From Octopus vulgaris (lineage: Eukaryota): a stretch of 64,000 nt of DNA. The notes beneath the pieces are model-generated. The model worked only from the letters and a program-made list of their open reading frames with translations, did not search any database and had not been told where the DNA came from. The position numbers and the translations under genes were made by a program. Positions within the stretch are counted from its first letter, which is position 1. Each line of letters begins with the position of its first letter. Below, in pieces: positions 1 to 13,379 of this stretch. The stretch spans positions 68,324,001 to 68,388,000 of the forward strand of contig OX597819.1 of NCBI GenBank assembly GCA_951406725.2. Direction: 5' to 3'.

Positions 1-94
1 AATAGCGAAAGTCAGTTCAGAGAATAAAAAGCCAATTCATAAAAGTTATCTCTGTTAAATTAAACAACAAGTAACTCTGTTTTAATCCAATTCT

Positions 95-400
95 CCAATT
101 ATCTTGATTTATACATAGTTGATTGTTTACTCTGGACTCCCCACATTAATCACTTAAGCATTAAATTAAGCAAATCTAATGTCATTTCGTCCCATTTCGT
201 TACTATGTGCCTAATTCTTGTTCGATGGCTCTCGACTACACTATCTCCTATTCTCGCTTAATTTATGAGATCACGCTATGGTCCTTAACATTCATTGACA
301 ATTTGTAATCAATCAAAACTTTACAAAGTTTTCCTAAAGACTATAATTTTCTCTGAGAAGAACGGTCATTCTAATGGACTATTTTCCACCCTTTTCCCCA
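95..400 (+). mobile_element. Highly decayed non-LTR retrotransposon (LINE) fragment, region C-terminal to RT
   Basis: Manual translation gives YLDLYIVDCLLWTPHINHLSIKLSKSN and YYTISYSRLIYEITLW. These resemble the LG.I.D..L.W..HI..L..KL and Y....S.L.Y...W motifs of CR1/L2/Jockey-group ORF2. Frameshifted, with stops. Confidence 0.5.
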
Positions 401-1156
401 CCCGCCGTCATATTAATGAACTTCAGCCACAGGATGAATTATTTTTGAATTAAATAAATTAAAACAATTTCTTAATATCATAATTCTCTTCTGCATTCTT
501 TCCGTGATATTCTGCTTTTAGCAACGCTTCTTTGTTCTTTAACTTCCAGCAACAAATGCAGAATTTGATGTGTTATATTCACCCTCACTCCAAACAATAG
601 AAATACGCATTTTAGTATTCTTCATAGACAACATGAAAGTTGGTCTTCAACGTGTGTTTAGAGTTTCTGAAATTGAAGTAAGTCTCCTGTTGAGTTTTGA
701 ACCATCACACTCAGACACTCTTTCTATCGGCTGCAGCCGACCGAACTGCCATAAGACGGTAATATATTGCTATATATGGCACTAATATGTACGTGAATGT
801 TACTCTACCCATCAGCACTGGCCGTTATAATTGATGTGGTGAATTTCAAAGAAAGTATGCGAGTTTTTCCATTAAGCGTTTTGATCGAATGTTTTGGAAA
901 CTTATGCTCACTGTTAAAATCAGTTGGTGTATTTAAGCTCAGATCAAAGTCACTCAACTATCCGTGGGAACTATCTCACTCTGCTCAGTGAATTGGTCAC
1001 TGGCTTTCTTTTACCTTTACCTACATAACATGTTTGTATTATCGTGTTCGACAAAAAGTATCAATCTTAAATTCTTGTGTAGAATAACGCACATAGATGA
1101 TATGCAGCTGCTTAAATTCCCTCGACTAATTTTTATCTTCAATAACTATGAACGAC

Positions 1157-1816
1157 AAGGCGGTGAGCAGGCAGAAACGTTAGCGCGCCGGGCGAAATAC
1201 TTAGCTGTATTTTGTCTGTCATTACGTTCTGAGTTCCCCCGAGATCGACTTTGCCTTTCAACCCTATCGAAGTCGATAAATTACGTACCATTTGGCTACT
1301 GGAGTTGATCTAATCGCCTGGCCTCCTCCCAAAAAATTTCGGGCCTTGCGCCGAGAGTACAAAATAATATAGTTCATTAAAAGGCGGCGAGCTGGCAGAA
1401 ACGTTAGCACCACGGGCGTAATGCTTAGCGGTATTTAGTGCCGTTACGTTCTGAGTTCAAATTCCGTCGAGGTCGAGTTGCCAATCGATTAGATCGACCC
1501 TAGTATTCAACTGGTACTTAATTTATCGACTCCGAAAGGCAAAGTCGACCTGGGCGGATTTTGAACTCAGAACGTAGCGGTAGACGAAATAACTATTTCT
1601 TTCCTGCCCAGAAAGGGCTAAACACAGAAGGGACAAACATGGACAGACAAAGGGATTAAGTCGATTACATCGACCCCAGTGCGTAACTGGTATTTAATTT
1701 ATCGACCCCGAAAGGATGAAAGGCAAGGTCGAATTTAAACTCAGTACGAAAGGGCAGACGAAATACGGCTACACATTTTGCCCGGCTTGCTAACATTTCT
1801 GCCAGCTTGCCACCTT
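1157..1816. mobile_element. Cluster of SINE family A copies: + copy 1157-1365, + 5' fragment 1381-1480, minus-strand dimer 1481-1816
   Basis: Repeated head GGCGGCGAGCTGGCAGAAACGTTAGC (A-box-like), GAGTTCAAATTCC (B-box) and central GGTCGACTTTGCCTTTCATCCTTTCGGGGTCGATAAATTAAGTACCAG, found more than 15 times in the window. Confidence 0.85.
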
Positions 1817-2089
1817 ACTTCACTAAAGAATAATATCTCTTTAATGCCTACAAAACCAGGAACATTTAGCACTAGACAAACGTGTCTGTGTTATATTATA
1901 TCCTGATTGTATTCTGCATTCAAACGCTTTTTTCGTGGTTGTCATTGACAGTATAATTATAGTTTCCATTAAGTAAGTTCTTGTAAAAATCGGGCTCTGT
2001 CGTGCTGTTGTGTCAAAAATGTTGGCATAATGTTTACGTTAAAAACAAATTATGAATTATAACGATAGAAATATTACACCGGTTCAAAA

Positions 2090-2277
2090 GCGCTAGGAAT
2101 CTAGGATTAAGGCGATTACATCGACCCAAGTGCGTAACTCGTACTTATTTAATCGACCCCGAAAGGATGAAAGGCAAAGTCGAACTTGGTGGAATTTGAA
2201 CTCAGAAGGTAACGGCAGACGAAATACCGCTGAGCATTTCACTCGGCGTGCTAACGATTCTGTCATCTCGCCGCCTT
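2090..2277 (-). mobile_element. SINE family A copy
   Basis: Reverse complement of the family A head and central domain. Confidence 0.8.
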
Positions 2278-3149
2278 TCTATTAATAAATTATAGTAACA
2301 CCATACTACCTCCACATTCTTCATATATTTTAGTATTCCTTGTCTTTTACGATGGCCAATAACTTAAACACGTTTTGTGTCTACGTACCACTACAGAGAT
2401 CACTGTTGTCGATTTCGTTTCTCTGCAACCTTTACCAAGGCTCGGGCAGGATTTGAGCCACCTTGCTCACGTTCCCAACTTTGGACCAAGGCCTAATTAT
2501 ATTTCCATAAAACATGACCAGCGCAGTAAATGTTATTACGTCGCCATAAAAAGCTATAAAATCTACATAAAGGTTGTAACTAGTGAGGGTGGTAGACTTC
2601 AAGGAAATTCTGTATTTACGAATGTTCTAGAAACATTGCTTGAGGTTATAAAAAGCTGGATGGCTGAACCCTAATATAGCAATAAATATACAACACAGAT
2701 CTCTTCCGTTTCGTTCCAAGAAATGTGCTCTCACTTTTGGCATACTATGTATGTTCGGCTAAAGGTAATCAACCAGGTGACCTAACGCTGACATAAATAC
2801 ATTTCTATATACATGCAATCTTTCTATATAATTACCTGCCTTATTCAGTTTATAATTACTATGTACGTATCATATAACAGTATAATTAAAACATTTATTG
2901 TTTACACATTTTAAAGCTTTAAATGTCACATACTTGCTAACAAATATACTTTTCAATATAATTAATTCCCTCGAATTTAGATAATGCATAACGGTTTGAA
3001 ATAATAAAAATAGGAAAGAAAATAGCATTTATTGTTGGATCCCTAATATCTAAGAATGCAGCTTCTTAACGTAATTTGTTCCATGTACACTTCCGCCCAA
3101 AATCCCTGGCCATCCCAACAAACCCATTGTGTGTGTGTGTGTGTGTGTG

Positions 3150-3525
3150 TGTGTGGTTAAGAAGCTTGCTTTGCAACCACATACTTGCGTGTTCATTTCC
3201 ACTGCGCGCCACATTGGACAACTTTTTTTCCACTGTCACCTTTGGACTCATACAACTGGTTACCAAGTTTTCATGTTCTACAAGTGATGGAGATCTTAAC
3301 GTTTTCCTTGAATGGTAAGTTAGTTAGTCCGTTTCAGGTCTGAAAGCCAGCAATTTTTGAGGGAATCGGGCATATTGATTATATCAACCCCGTTACTTGA
3401 ATTGCATTTTATTTTATTGATCCTGTAAGGAAGAAAGGCAAAACTAACAATTTGAACTCAGAACGTAAAGAGTCAAAACAAACGCTGCTAAATATTTTCT
3501 GAGATATGCCAACAATTCTGCCAGC
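3150..3525. mobile_element. Degenerate SINE B head (+, about 3150-3260) and degenerate SINE A (-, about 3340-3525)
   Basis: GGTTAAGAAGCTTGCTTTGCAACCAC matches the SINE B head. TTTGAACTCAGAACGTAAAG...CTGCCAGC matches SINE A in reverse. Confidence 0.6.
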
Positions 3526-4837
3526 AACAATTTTGCAGGTCCTGTTAACGAGTAAATATCTTCCCCGGCTCCTTAACTTTATTATGAATGGCTGCAAATT
3601 CCTTTGTGCAGAAAGCATTTCAATGATTTTCTTTTGCTTCAACCTACCCGTTAATAAAAGCTAATCTTTGAAATGTGCATAGATTTACGTGAACTTAAAC
3701 ATTCATTTCTTTGAGTGTTTTCAACAGTGGGCGGTAATGGTTCATTGTACTGATTTACACTGATTTCGACACAGCGTTCATGAATTTAACAAACAGCCTT
3801 TTCAAAATTGATAGATGTAATGTACCAAAAGTTTCACCTAAATGTGGCTTTATACATTTAGTCCCCAAAGCGAATAACATTGAATAATACTGTGTCTTGA
3901 ATTCCGTAATTGTTGTGAATTGTTTTATTTATAATATAGGTTACCAACAAATTAACCTTGTTCACCTCTCGAAAATAAACAATGGTTGTTATTCTGAGTA
4001 AGGTAAAGAATTGAGTACCACAGTTTTCATTTTATATCTGCTTTAAGGACATCAACTTTGATGGCGGCTTTACATTATTTTCTTTCGTTCTGCAGTAAAT
4101 TAACGTGAAGTGGCATAAACGATAAAAACATAAAGGAATGTTATATAAGAAAACAATTATTCTAACACAAACAATTATTTATACAATACATTCAGATTGT
4201 CTTTTTATATTATTTTCGTTCATTGCATTCGTTTAGTTTCATAGTTAGATATTCTGGAGGAGAGAAAGGAGTTCTGTCACTGTATTTTATATTAAAAGAA
4301 GATAATACTTCAGACGCAAATTTTAATTACCAATGAAATAAATGATAAATACGATTAGAAGAATGAATATAAAGAAAATCAAATAAATATGGCCGCTTTT
4401 CACGTATCCTAAAATATCTTAGTTATTTTCACACGTATTGTCTGAAACCAAATGCCAAGTAAACATTAGAAATATAAAAAGAGAGAAAAAAATGAGCAAA
4501 AAACAGAATTGAATGAAAACCTGATAATATTGAAAATGTATGACTAAGCGGAAAATACGTTTGGAGAATTCAATTTCATACACATCATCGTTTTAGTTGG
4601 CATGTATATAATAGTCTTTAACAAAGGATAGGAAGAATTATAAATTTCACAATAGACATGTTTAAGTTCTAAGCTGTAGTGTACTGCAGTTAAACAGAAT
4701 ATGTAATCTTTCAAAGTCAGCTTGCTTTAAACTCTTTTACTGCCCATTCTTCCCCTACACTACACAATTTATTCTTTTGCCTCATTTTGCTCTCATGCAC
4801 ATTATTTTCTTTGCTGCCTCTATACGTACATACATTT

Positions 4838-5080
4838 ACAAGGGGGGTACCCAAAAGTAACTGGAAACAACGTTATCTACGGGGCAAGTCAGTTGTAGTT
4901 GAGACTTCCGCTGCTAGAGGCTACTTGATGCGACGCTCAGGCATCAGTCTGCTAACTGGCGTCGGAGACGCATGTCGTAGTACCATGTGATGCGACATTA
5001 TTTTCTAGAGCATCTCTCCTGTTCGTCGATTTTTGCGATGGCTAAACCGAAGGAAGAGCGTGCTTCCATGAAATTCTGTT
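4838..5080 (+). mobile_element. 5' end of a mariner-type DNA transposon (TIR plus transposase start)
   Basis: TA-CAAGGGGGGTACCCAAAAGTAACTGGAA is TIR-like. ATG at 5038 gives MAKPKEERASMKFC, resembling the mariner N-terminal EQR..IKFC motif. Truncated. Confidence 0.55.
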
Positions 5081-6090
5081 AACGTCAGTGTTCTCTAAGG
5101 GACAACGATACTGCAATTTTAACCTCAGGAAGACATCTCCATCTGGTTTGTTCAGTGCACTATTCACGTTCGATATTTATTGCAGACGGACAATAACTTC
5201 TGCCATTCTAGCTCTGAGAGCTTCAGACCACGTGCTTTAGATCTTATTGGATTTCTTAGGTGGTGGTTACTCGTTTATTGAGCACAGAAGTAGATTAACC
5301 TCACTTGCAATAGATAGAAAATACAGTATCGTACAATTACTCATTTTGTAGCTAAGAAAGTGGTCCGTTAGAGAAGCTCTGTCCGAATTAGAAGAACTAT
5401 ACGAACCAAAAAGTATTGTTTATAGCCATTTTAACATGGGTGCTCTCGAAAGAGACGATGATATTGTAATTTTAACCCCAGAAAACAACAGTTTTTGAAT
5501 AATGCTTTAGAATATGTACATATAAATACAGATGCACACGCACACAGCACACATGCACACTCACAAAATATATATATATACGTGTGCGTATACATATTGA
5601 ACCCTATCCGTGTATGTATATATATATATATATATATGTATGTATGCATGTATGAAATATAACAAAGAAATATAACAAAAGCTGTTAAACTCCGAGTAAC
5701 AGCTTTTATTATACTTCTGCTGCTTTTAAATAAAGTATATTACTCTACCTCTAGTATTTGAGTACCCTTTTTTCCACCTTGTTTCACATTTATGTGCTCT
5801 GTCCTATATATATATACGTATGCGCATAAATATTGAATCCTACGCAGAAAAACAAAAAAATATTGAAATTACATATTTACCTCCCTTTTACTTCAAATTA
5901 AATGACTGAGCAATTATCTCCCCTAGCAATATTTTTTTCCCTAGTAATTTATCTCATTCAACTGTCATTTAGATAACAAGCAATGCGAAACCGGTGCTTA
6001 TTTCAATTATGTTGAAAGAACAAAACCATATTTTGTACCAAATTGTATATTTTTATTATCATGGTTCTAGAATATTCTTCTCTCTCTCTC

Positions 6091-6132
<42 letters not shown>

Positions 6133-7403
6133 TACGTGTGCTTATACATGTTGTACTGTATCTGTAAAGATATATATATATATATATATATATAGTGTAT
6201 GTTGCTTCGAGCATGCACCCTTCAACAGAAAGGAATGAGGAGCGAAAACAAATGGAGAGAGCAAAATAACGGAGAGGAAAAAAGAAACTCGTCTTGATTA
6301 ACTGTTTCAGTCATCCATCTTTAATATGTAAATAATAATGTGATGTAAATTGGAATACAACTCTCATTCGTTTCACACCATATGATCCTAATATAATCTT
6401 TGTATTCGACAGAGTTCAGCAGAGTAAAGCAATATGGATCTTACATATAAAGAGATTTTCTTGTTTGCGTTTGCATCCTACTGTACCTTATTCAGTACAC
6501 ATGTATGCATATGTATCTATGTAACTATACATCTACTCATGTAAGCATGAATCTGTCAGTTATGTATATATGTGTGTACGTATGCTATTCGTGTGTAAGT
6601 GTGTTATGTACGTACGTAAGAATGTATATATGCTTCTACGTATGCCTTCATGTGCAAGTATATGTAAATGTATTCGGAAAACAGTATAGAACTCATCATT
6701 TTGGGAGTTTAAAAAAAAATCATATCACAGAACTAACAGATCTTGATGCATATGTTGCTGTTACACTGTTCATAAAATATAGATCGCAGCCAGGTTTAAA
6801 TTACCAGCAGTCCCGAGCCAAAGTATATGGACAATATTTCTTACGTAAGAATCCCATATTCTAAGTGTTGCATAGTTTGTAGCATTGGTTTATCATTCGT
6901 TGTTGCTAACAGAATAAAGAATAAAGAATAAAGATTCGTTTACATAACTTCCGTTGAATCCACTTTTAGTGCAATCATACATATGGACTCTAAATATCTA
7001 ATATTTTCTTTCTTCAGGCACGTGGAATTTATATTTATATATATTATAAGTATTTTTTTAGAAACAAATTCTTTTCTATGCTACGTACAACAGACTTAGT
7101 TTTGCTTTATTTCTTCATTTGTGTATATATTGTTGTATAAATAGAAATTTCGTTTTGATTTGTATAACTAAATATAACGTATAAATTTGAAGCAGTTGGA
7201 AATTTGAAGATCTTTTGTATTCAATAAGGAAATGATAACTATGCATATTCAATGTCTCTTCTTCCTTGGTCTTCTGTTTAAAATTCAAACGTCTCATCCT
7301 ACCGAAACTTATCTAGAAGTGTTTATCTCCCTTACAAAATCCTGCGACCATAGCACGCAACGCAATAGCTATATGTTTTCTGTTTATTCTCCATAATTTT
7401 GTG

Positions 7404-7700
7404 AAGGCGCCCGGATTAGTAGTAGGAGCATTCGGCTCACGGTCATAAGGTCGTGCAACAGATGTCCTTGAGCAAGTCATTTTATTTAATATTGCTTCAA
7501 ATCGACTCAGCTAAACAAATGTGTTGTACCTATAATTCAAAGAGCCAGCCATGTCATATTCTGTCCTGCTGAATTTTACTGATGACTACGTTAAGGTCAT
7601 ACGGGTTTGTTGCGTGATCAGCCACATTCATGTTAATTTCATGAACAGACTCTTCCGTTGATCGAACCAACACTTGTCGTCACGGGCGGAATACCAGTTT
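7404..7700 (+). mobile_element. SINE family C (tRNA head plus CORE-like TCCTTGAGCAAG segment)
   Basis: Head AAGGCGCCCGGATTAGTAGTAGGAGCATTCGGCTCACGGTCATAAGGTCGTG. Homologous copy at about 15575-15850. Confidence 0.65.
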
Positions 7701-9430
7701 CTTTTTATTCTTAATAACGTGAAAATGTCTTTGGATTAGGTTTAGAATTATATTTCCTTTTCGAAAGTTCCTATATAGCACCAGCTTCGACATAATAAAT
7801 GAACAATCGTAGGACGTAAGATTGTTGATATTTTAAATATTATATTACAGAAATCGCTATGTCATTTCTCTGGAGAGTCAAGACTATTGAAAATGTTGCA
7901 AGACACAAGGAAATTTTACCGGTGAGTGTGTTAAATTATAATGCACAAAAAGAAAATGACTCTCCCCAGACACAACAGATTACAGAAAATATATTCATAA
8001 ATGAAAGTAAGTTTTTTTCTCTATATATTTTTTGATAGCAACAATTACGTCAGAGTGGCCATGTTAGGCCAAAGCTCTCAAGCGATTTAGTTAATGATGC
8101 ATTCACCAATGCAAAGCCATTAATGTACATAAGTGAGAAGGGGACAAATAATACAAGACATTCTTTTTTAGGTATTGGTTCCATGTATGTATATACATAC
8201 ATACATAAAGAAGATAGATAGATAAAGAGAGAGACAGATAGAGAGATAGAGAGATAAATTGGGATAAAATATCCAGGTGTGTAGTATTGAAGCATTTATT
8301 TTTATTATCCCAGTTCAGGCTAACGGCTTAGTATTAAAATCAGTGCCTAGAATTACCTGAGGTAGGCAACCACTCTCTATCTCATCCGATGAGTAAACCC
8401 CTATTTCATTTCTCTGGATGATGAATATTTAACTGAGTGTATATCCAATACAGCAAGAATGAATACGGAGACTAGTACATTTACTTAATTTTTTTATTAT
8501 TATTTAGAGTCAATTACAGCATATTTTATTCAAATATACCCGATGCACGTTTCTGGTAAACCAGTTGTCAATCTCCATTCCTTGAAGCTTCGGTTCACTT
8601 CAATGGTTGGACCTTGAATAAAGGCACATGGAATAATCACTAGTTGAAAGTAACAGTATGTAAATGCAATCACTAGATGTCTATCCAGCAGAAACACATG
8701 TCGGGCAAATTTGAATCAATTACGTTGCAATTGACTCTAACGATAAAGAAATTATTCAAATGTACTAATCCACGTATTCATTGATATGTTGTGTGCGTGT
8801 GTATGTGTGTGTGCATGTAATTCCCACATATATTATGTATTTGTGTATAGTTACAGAAAGACGTATGATTATCGATAGAGAGGAATATGAAGTGAAGGGA
8901 GTACACTGCATTTACCATAAAATTAAATATTCATCAGTTTTAGATCTTACCAACGAGAGACTATTTCTTTTCCTATACTGATTGCGCTACATCGTCCTTA
9001 AATATCATAGGGTCACTAATCACTCAGGTTCAAAGGGAGTATGTTCATCTAAAACCGCCTTGAAAGAATGTCAGTGCAGCCATTTAAATGTGAACAGCAG
9101 TCGTATGACTGAATTGTTAAAGTGAAATGAGCTTCTATGTTCCTGATACTAATTAATGATTAAAATGTATGAGTAGGTGGATGAAAATTGCTCTGCTTTG
9201 ACTCACGCTTTTCCCTTGTTTGTTTCTAGTCTGTGTTCGTATGTGACCGCTCTAACATTTGGCAATGAGTAATTTTGTTCAATTAATCGACTCTCTATCT
9301 GTCTTGTTATTTAGTGGTTAGTTGCCAAGACAAGAATTTAATATTAATCAGTAATTACCTTGTATATCTCCAAAGATGTACATTCCATATGTATGTGTAT
9401 ATACGTACATACATACATACATGCATACAT

Positions 9431-9462
<32 letters not shown>

Positions 9463-9917
9463 GCATCTGTGTTTACATATATATATATATGTGTGTGTGT
9501 ATGTGTATGCGTATATATATATAACACATATAAATATATATATACATAATTAATGGTAAGACATATATAATTATATATAATCAAACGTATATAAAGTTAT
9601 ACATAATCAAATATATATACCTGTATTTGGCACTAGTGTTGCAGCGAACCATAACAATGTTATCTCTAGAGATAAGACGCCGGACCCTGCACGTAGACTT
9701 CGTGTATGACACATGTCCTTTGAAACAAGGTTTAAATTGGTTTAAATGAACGGTTCCGTCGTTTTAGAATGATACGCTTATACACACATACACTCACATA
9801 TACATACACACACATGTATATATATATGTATATATATACGTGTGTGTGTGTGCGTGTATTTCAAAATGTATACAAAAAGACAAAAAAACTGAGAGTAGAG
9901 AGAGAGACAGAGGGATA

Positions 9918-10850
9918 TATTAGGTTGTTAAGAAAGTTCTTGTAGTTTTTAACCTTTAAATTCAGATGCACACATCTCGTCTCAAACAAAACTTTATTAA
10001 TCGAAACAAACACCATCAGAATCAACACGCTTTTGCCAACGCGAAACAACTTTATTTAAGCCAGTAGCGTAAATATCCTACGTTCTGGTGGCGATGAAGT
10101 CATTGAAGGCATGTTTGGCATCGTCTTGGTTTTTTAAGCATTTCTCACACAGGAAGTTGTCGAGATGGTTGGAAAAGCGGTAGTCAGTAGGCAAGAGGTC
10201 TGGTGGGTATGGCGAATGAGGCAGAGTTTCGTAGCCCAATTCGTTCCACTTCTGCAGAGTCAGTTGTGCGACCTGCGGCTGAGCGTTGTCATGGAGAAGA
10301 ATTGGTCCTTTTCTATTGACCAATACCGGCTGTTGTTGTCGGAGTTTCTCATGCATTTCATCCATTTGCTGACAGAACGCATGTAGTTGGAAATTGTGGT
10401 ATATGTTACGTTTAATTCAGAAGCAAGCTCTCGAACAGTTGTGCGTGGATTGGCTTCGACTAAGGCTCTTAGTTGATCGTTGTCACCATTCGATGGCCAA
10501 CCACTATGCTTATCTTCAATACTCGTCACCGCTACGAAATTCCTTGAACCACCACTGTGCTGTACATTCATTAGTGACTCGAGGGACAAACGCATCGTTG
10601 ATAGTGCGAGTTGTTTCAGCAGCTTTTCGGCCTAGCTTGAACTGGAGTAAGACACTTGTGTGAATTTGCCTTTTGTCCATCTTGTATTTAACGTTCCGGA
10701 AAAAATGGCCTAATTATTCAAAAAGAAAAAGAGTAACACGATTAGATAGAGCAAAAAACGGGCTTTAAAATGAAATATAAGTCAAATTAATTTGAAAATA
10801 CATCATTTAACACTAAAATTAAAAATTCCCTTATTTTCTGTGATTACACA
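9918..10850 (-). mobile_element. Mariner (DD34D) transposon, internally deleted; transposase pseudogene at 10680-9997
   Basis: Minus-strand peptides MDKRQIH...LGRKAAETTRTINDA, LLHDNAQPQ, LPHSPYPPDLLPTDY (YSPDL motif) and RWQKRVDSDGVCFD*. TIR-like TATTAGGTTGTTAAGAAAGTT at 9918 resembles Hsmar1-type TIRs. Confidence 0.9.
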
Positions 10851-10861
10851 TATACGCCAAT

Positions 10862-10908
<47 letters not shown>

Positions 10909-10980
10909 GAGGATAAAATAGTAGCATAAAGGAAAATTCAATTGTCACTGAATGTGACCAAGAGTCCCGAGACAACTACG

Positions 10981-11174
10981 TTGCTAGAAATAGAAGTAAA
11001 GAACTCCTTGTGTTGTGGGAAGAGCTCAAATGTATACATATACACTGACAAGGGAACAAACCTCACCATGACCGGATTCTCGGTTCGATCATGGGTGGCG
11101 ATTTCTTCCCTGTCAGCATATGAATTTGCGTTCTTCCTATAGCACAAACAGTATTTTACACCTATTTCTTGCAA
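10981..11174. repeat. Imperfect fold-back (about 195 bp), MITE-like
   Basis: TTGCTAGAAATAGAAGTAAAGAACT...GGAAGAGCTCAAAT and CTGACAAGGGAA pair with TTCCCTGTCAG and ATTTGCGTTCTTCC...CTATTTCTTGCAA. Confidence 0.6.
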
Positions 11175-11232
11175 TATGTGTGTCTCGGGGCACCCATAGT
11201 CACATTTAGTGACGCGTGTACACACACACACA

Positions 11233-11280
<48 letters not shown>

Positions 11281-11282
<2 letters not shown>

Positions 11283-11712
11283 AACGAGGATGTATTAAAT
11301 CTCTGAGCGAGATATAAATAGTAGCAGTTCGGAACCGTAACATAATATTTGCCAACTAGGTGTGGCGTCCTATACAGGACAGTGCGACCGATGTTTAGAG
11401 TCCCAGAAAAACATCTCCTCCAGCTGGCTAACGAAACCCATTCTGTGTCCTATTAGCGTTTGCGAGGGAAGGTCATCGCTCCCATCTTTAGCCTCATGTG
11501 ATACACACGGACTCGAGTTTCTGGGAGATTACCCCTTCTCAGCATGTTTTAATCACCAGCTAGTGATAGAAGCTTATTCCACTCATAAATTACTATATAT
11601 TTTTCTAGCGACTCACTGTCGCTGATCTCGTAGAAGAAAGAGAATGTTATATTAAATCTCCGAGCGAGTATGTAAATCGTATCTGTACAGAACCGTAACA
11701 TATATTTGCCAA
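11281..11712 (-). mobile_element. PLE-type terminal repeat / retrozyme-like unit (about 360 bp plus partial tandem copy) with a degenerate hammerhead at 11505-11547
   Basis: 11281-11350 is repeated at 11640-11712. Minus strand reads ACATG-CTGAGAA-GGGGTAATCTCCC-A-GAAACTCGAGTC-CGTGT (core lacks one nt; palindromic stem III ACTCGAGT). Homologous to 40635-40970 and about 5085-5160. Confidence 0.6.
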
Positions 11713-11744
11713 TTATGTATGTGTGTGTGTATATATATATATAT

Positions 11745-11935
11745 ATAACGGGAAGGTTTACGAAAATAAACAAAAGGCAGGTAGAGTATAAAAAAACAAT
11801 GTATTAGTATGGCGCTCAGGAATAGAAATAGAACAAGTCTTTTACGTTTCGAGCCTACGCTCTTCAGCAGAAAGATACACAGAAAAGAAACAAGGAGAAA
11901 AAAAAATTGCGTGTAGGGGCTAACGATCCAACATA
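11745..11935 (-). mobile_element. PLE 3'/pLTR fragment with a degenerate minimal hammerhead (11839-11874)
   Basis: Minus strand CTTT-CTGCTGAA-GAGC-GTAG-GCTC-GAAACGTA-AAAG. Same family as 17465-17650 and 30360-30480, the latter lying downstream of a GIY-YIG C-terminus. Confidence 0.65.
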
Positions 11936-12366
11936 CACATATATATATATATATACATACATACATATATATACACGCACGCACAAACAGACACACACAC
12001 AGTCACAAACGCATACATATATATATACATGATTAAAAAAACCTGTACTAATTAAGCATACGAATATATACTAAATACATAGCTTGATTGACGACTTTGT
12101 CATATTTTGAGTTTATTTTATACTTCTTTTTAATTTCCCCACAAAGGAAGGCCGTTACTGAAAATATAAGCGACAAAAACAAGGAGAATGTCACCCAACT
12201 TTTTTGAATTCACGATGGTGATCCAAGACCAACCTTGTTTTGTGAAACATTAGCGGTGGAATGAAGAACTAAATTGAATGTTTCTAGTTATGCAACCGGA
12301 GAATGTCAAAGTAATCCCTGTGCTGCGGCGTCTCTAATATCAGGGTTTTATTATATAAACGTTGCC

Positions 12367-12545
12367 ATGGCGGCCCAACTAGCAGCACCGTTAGCACACC
12401 GAACAAAATTCTTAGCAAAATTCTGTCCATCTATACATCCTGAGTTCGAATTTCACCGCGGTCGATTTTGTCTTTCATACCGTCGATAAATTATGTACCA
12501 GTGAAATACTGGGGTTGATATATTCAACTTGACCTCCTCTCTTAT
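12367..12545 (+). mobile_element. Degenerate SINE family A copy
   Basis: GGCGGCCCAACTAGCAGCACCGTTAGCAC...GAGTTCGAATTTC...GTACCAGT. Confidence 0.6.
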
Positions 12546-13379
12546 ATTATGGAAACCGTTGTATAAACGTTGCTACTGTTGTACAAGCATTATCTTTCGT
12601 TCCCAATATTCCTTGTAAATCATGTCAGCTTATGAGGAAGTATTAACTTGCTTGAAAACAGACGAGGATTAGCGACAGGAATCGCATCCGGGCGTAGAAT
12701 ATCTGCCTCAACAAATTCATTTTGTATGATGGAAAAGTAAACGTTAAAGGAATGATGATGTTGATGATGATGATGATGATGTTGATGACGACGACAACGA
12801 CAACGACGATGATAGTGATGGTGATGCTGCTGCTAGTGATGATGCTGATGATGACGATCGCGAAACAAAGTAAGAGGATAAACATTTCCCAATAGTTGCG
12901 AAATTCCTACAAACATCGTATTGTATGAAAAATAAATCACTGTTTCTCTGAACCATTATGAAAGTTTTTAATTAATAATTAATATTTTTAACACAACTTA
13001 TCCACGTGATTCGTCAATTGTTTCACTCAAATTTTGTTTTAAATATTCTATTTATAAATAAATGAATGATGTTAATTATCAGGCCGTAGCTAATTACATG
13101 ACGGCAACGCACGTTATGTCCTCTTCTAATTGGAATACAGTTTGACACAAACGATATTCTTGCAAACGGAAAATTAAAACTATCAATTTTATTAGGAAAT
13201 TTGATATACTCTAATAATAATTCAGGAGTTCAATTATAATTATAGTATATCAAATTTCCTACTACTTCAAAATCAGGCCTTCTAGCTTCTATTATTTTGT
13301 CAGTCTGGAAGTTAAATTCCCACAATATCATGTATACCATACTTTCTAGTACTTTGCTAGGTTCATGTTCATACGATTT

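Noticed and set aside
5895-6000. Hammerhead-like GCGAAACCGGT (palindromic stem III); similar remnants near 47835-47880 and 62620-62635
   Set aside because: No intact CTGANGA core or stem I. Possibly decayed PLE ends, but not supportable as ribozymes.
12744-12860. Poly-Ser/Ile/Asp ORFs
   Set aside because: Degenerate (GAT)n/(GAC)n trinucleotide microsatellite.
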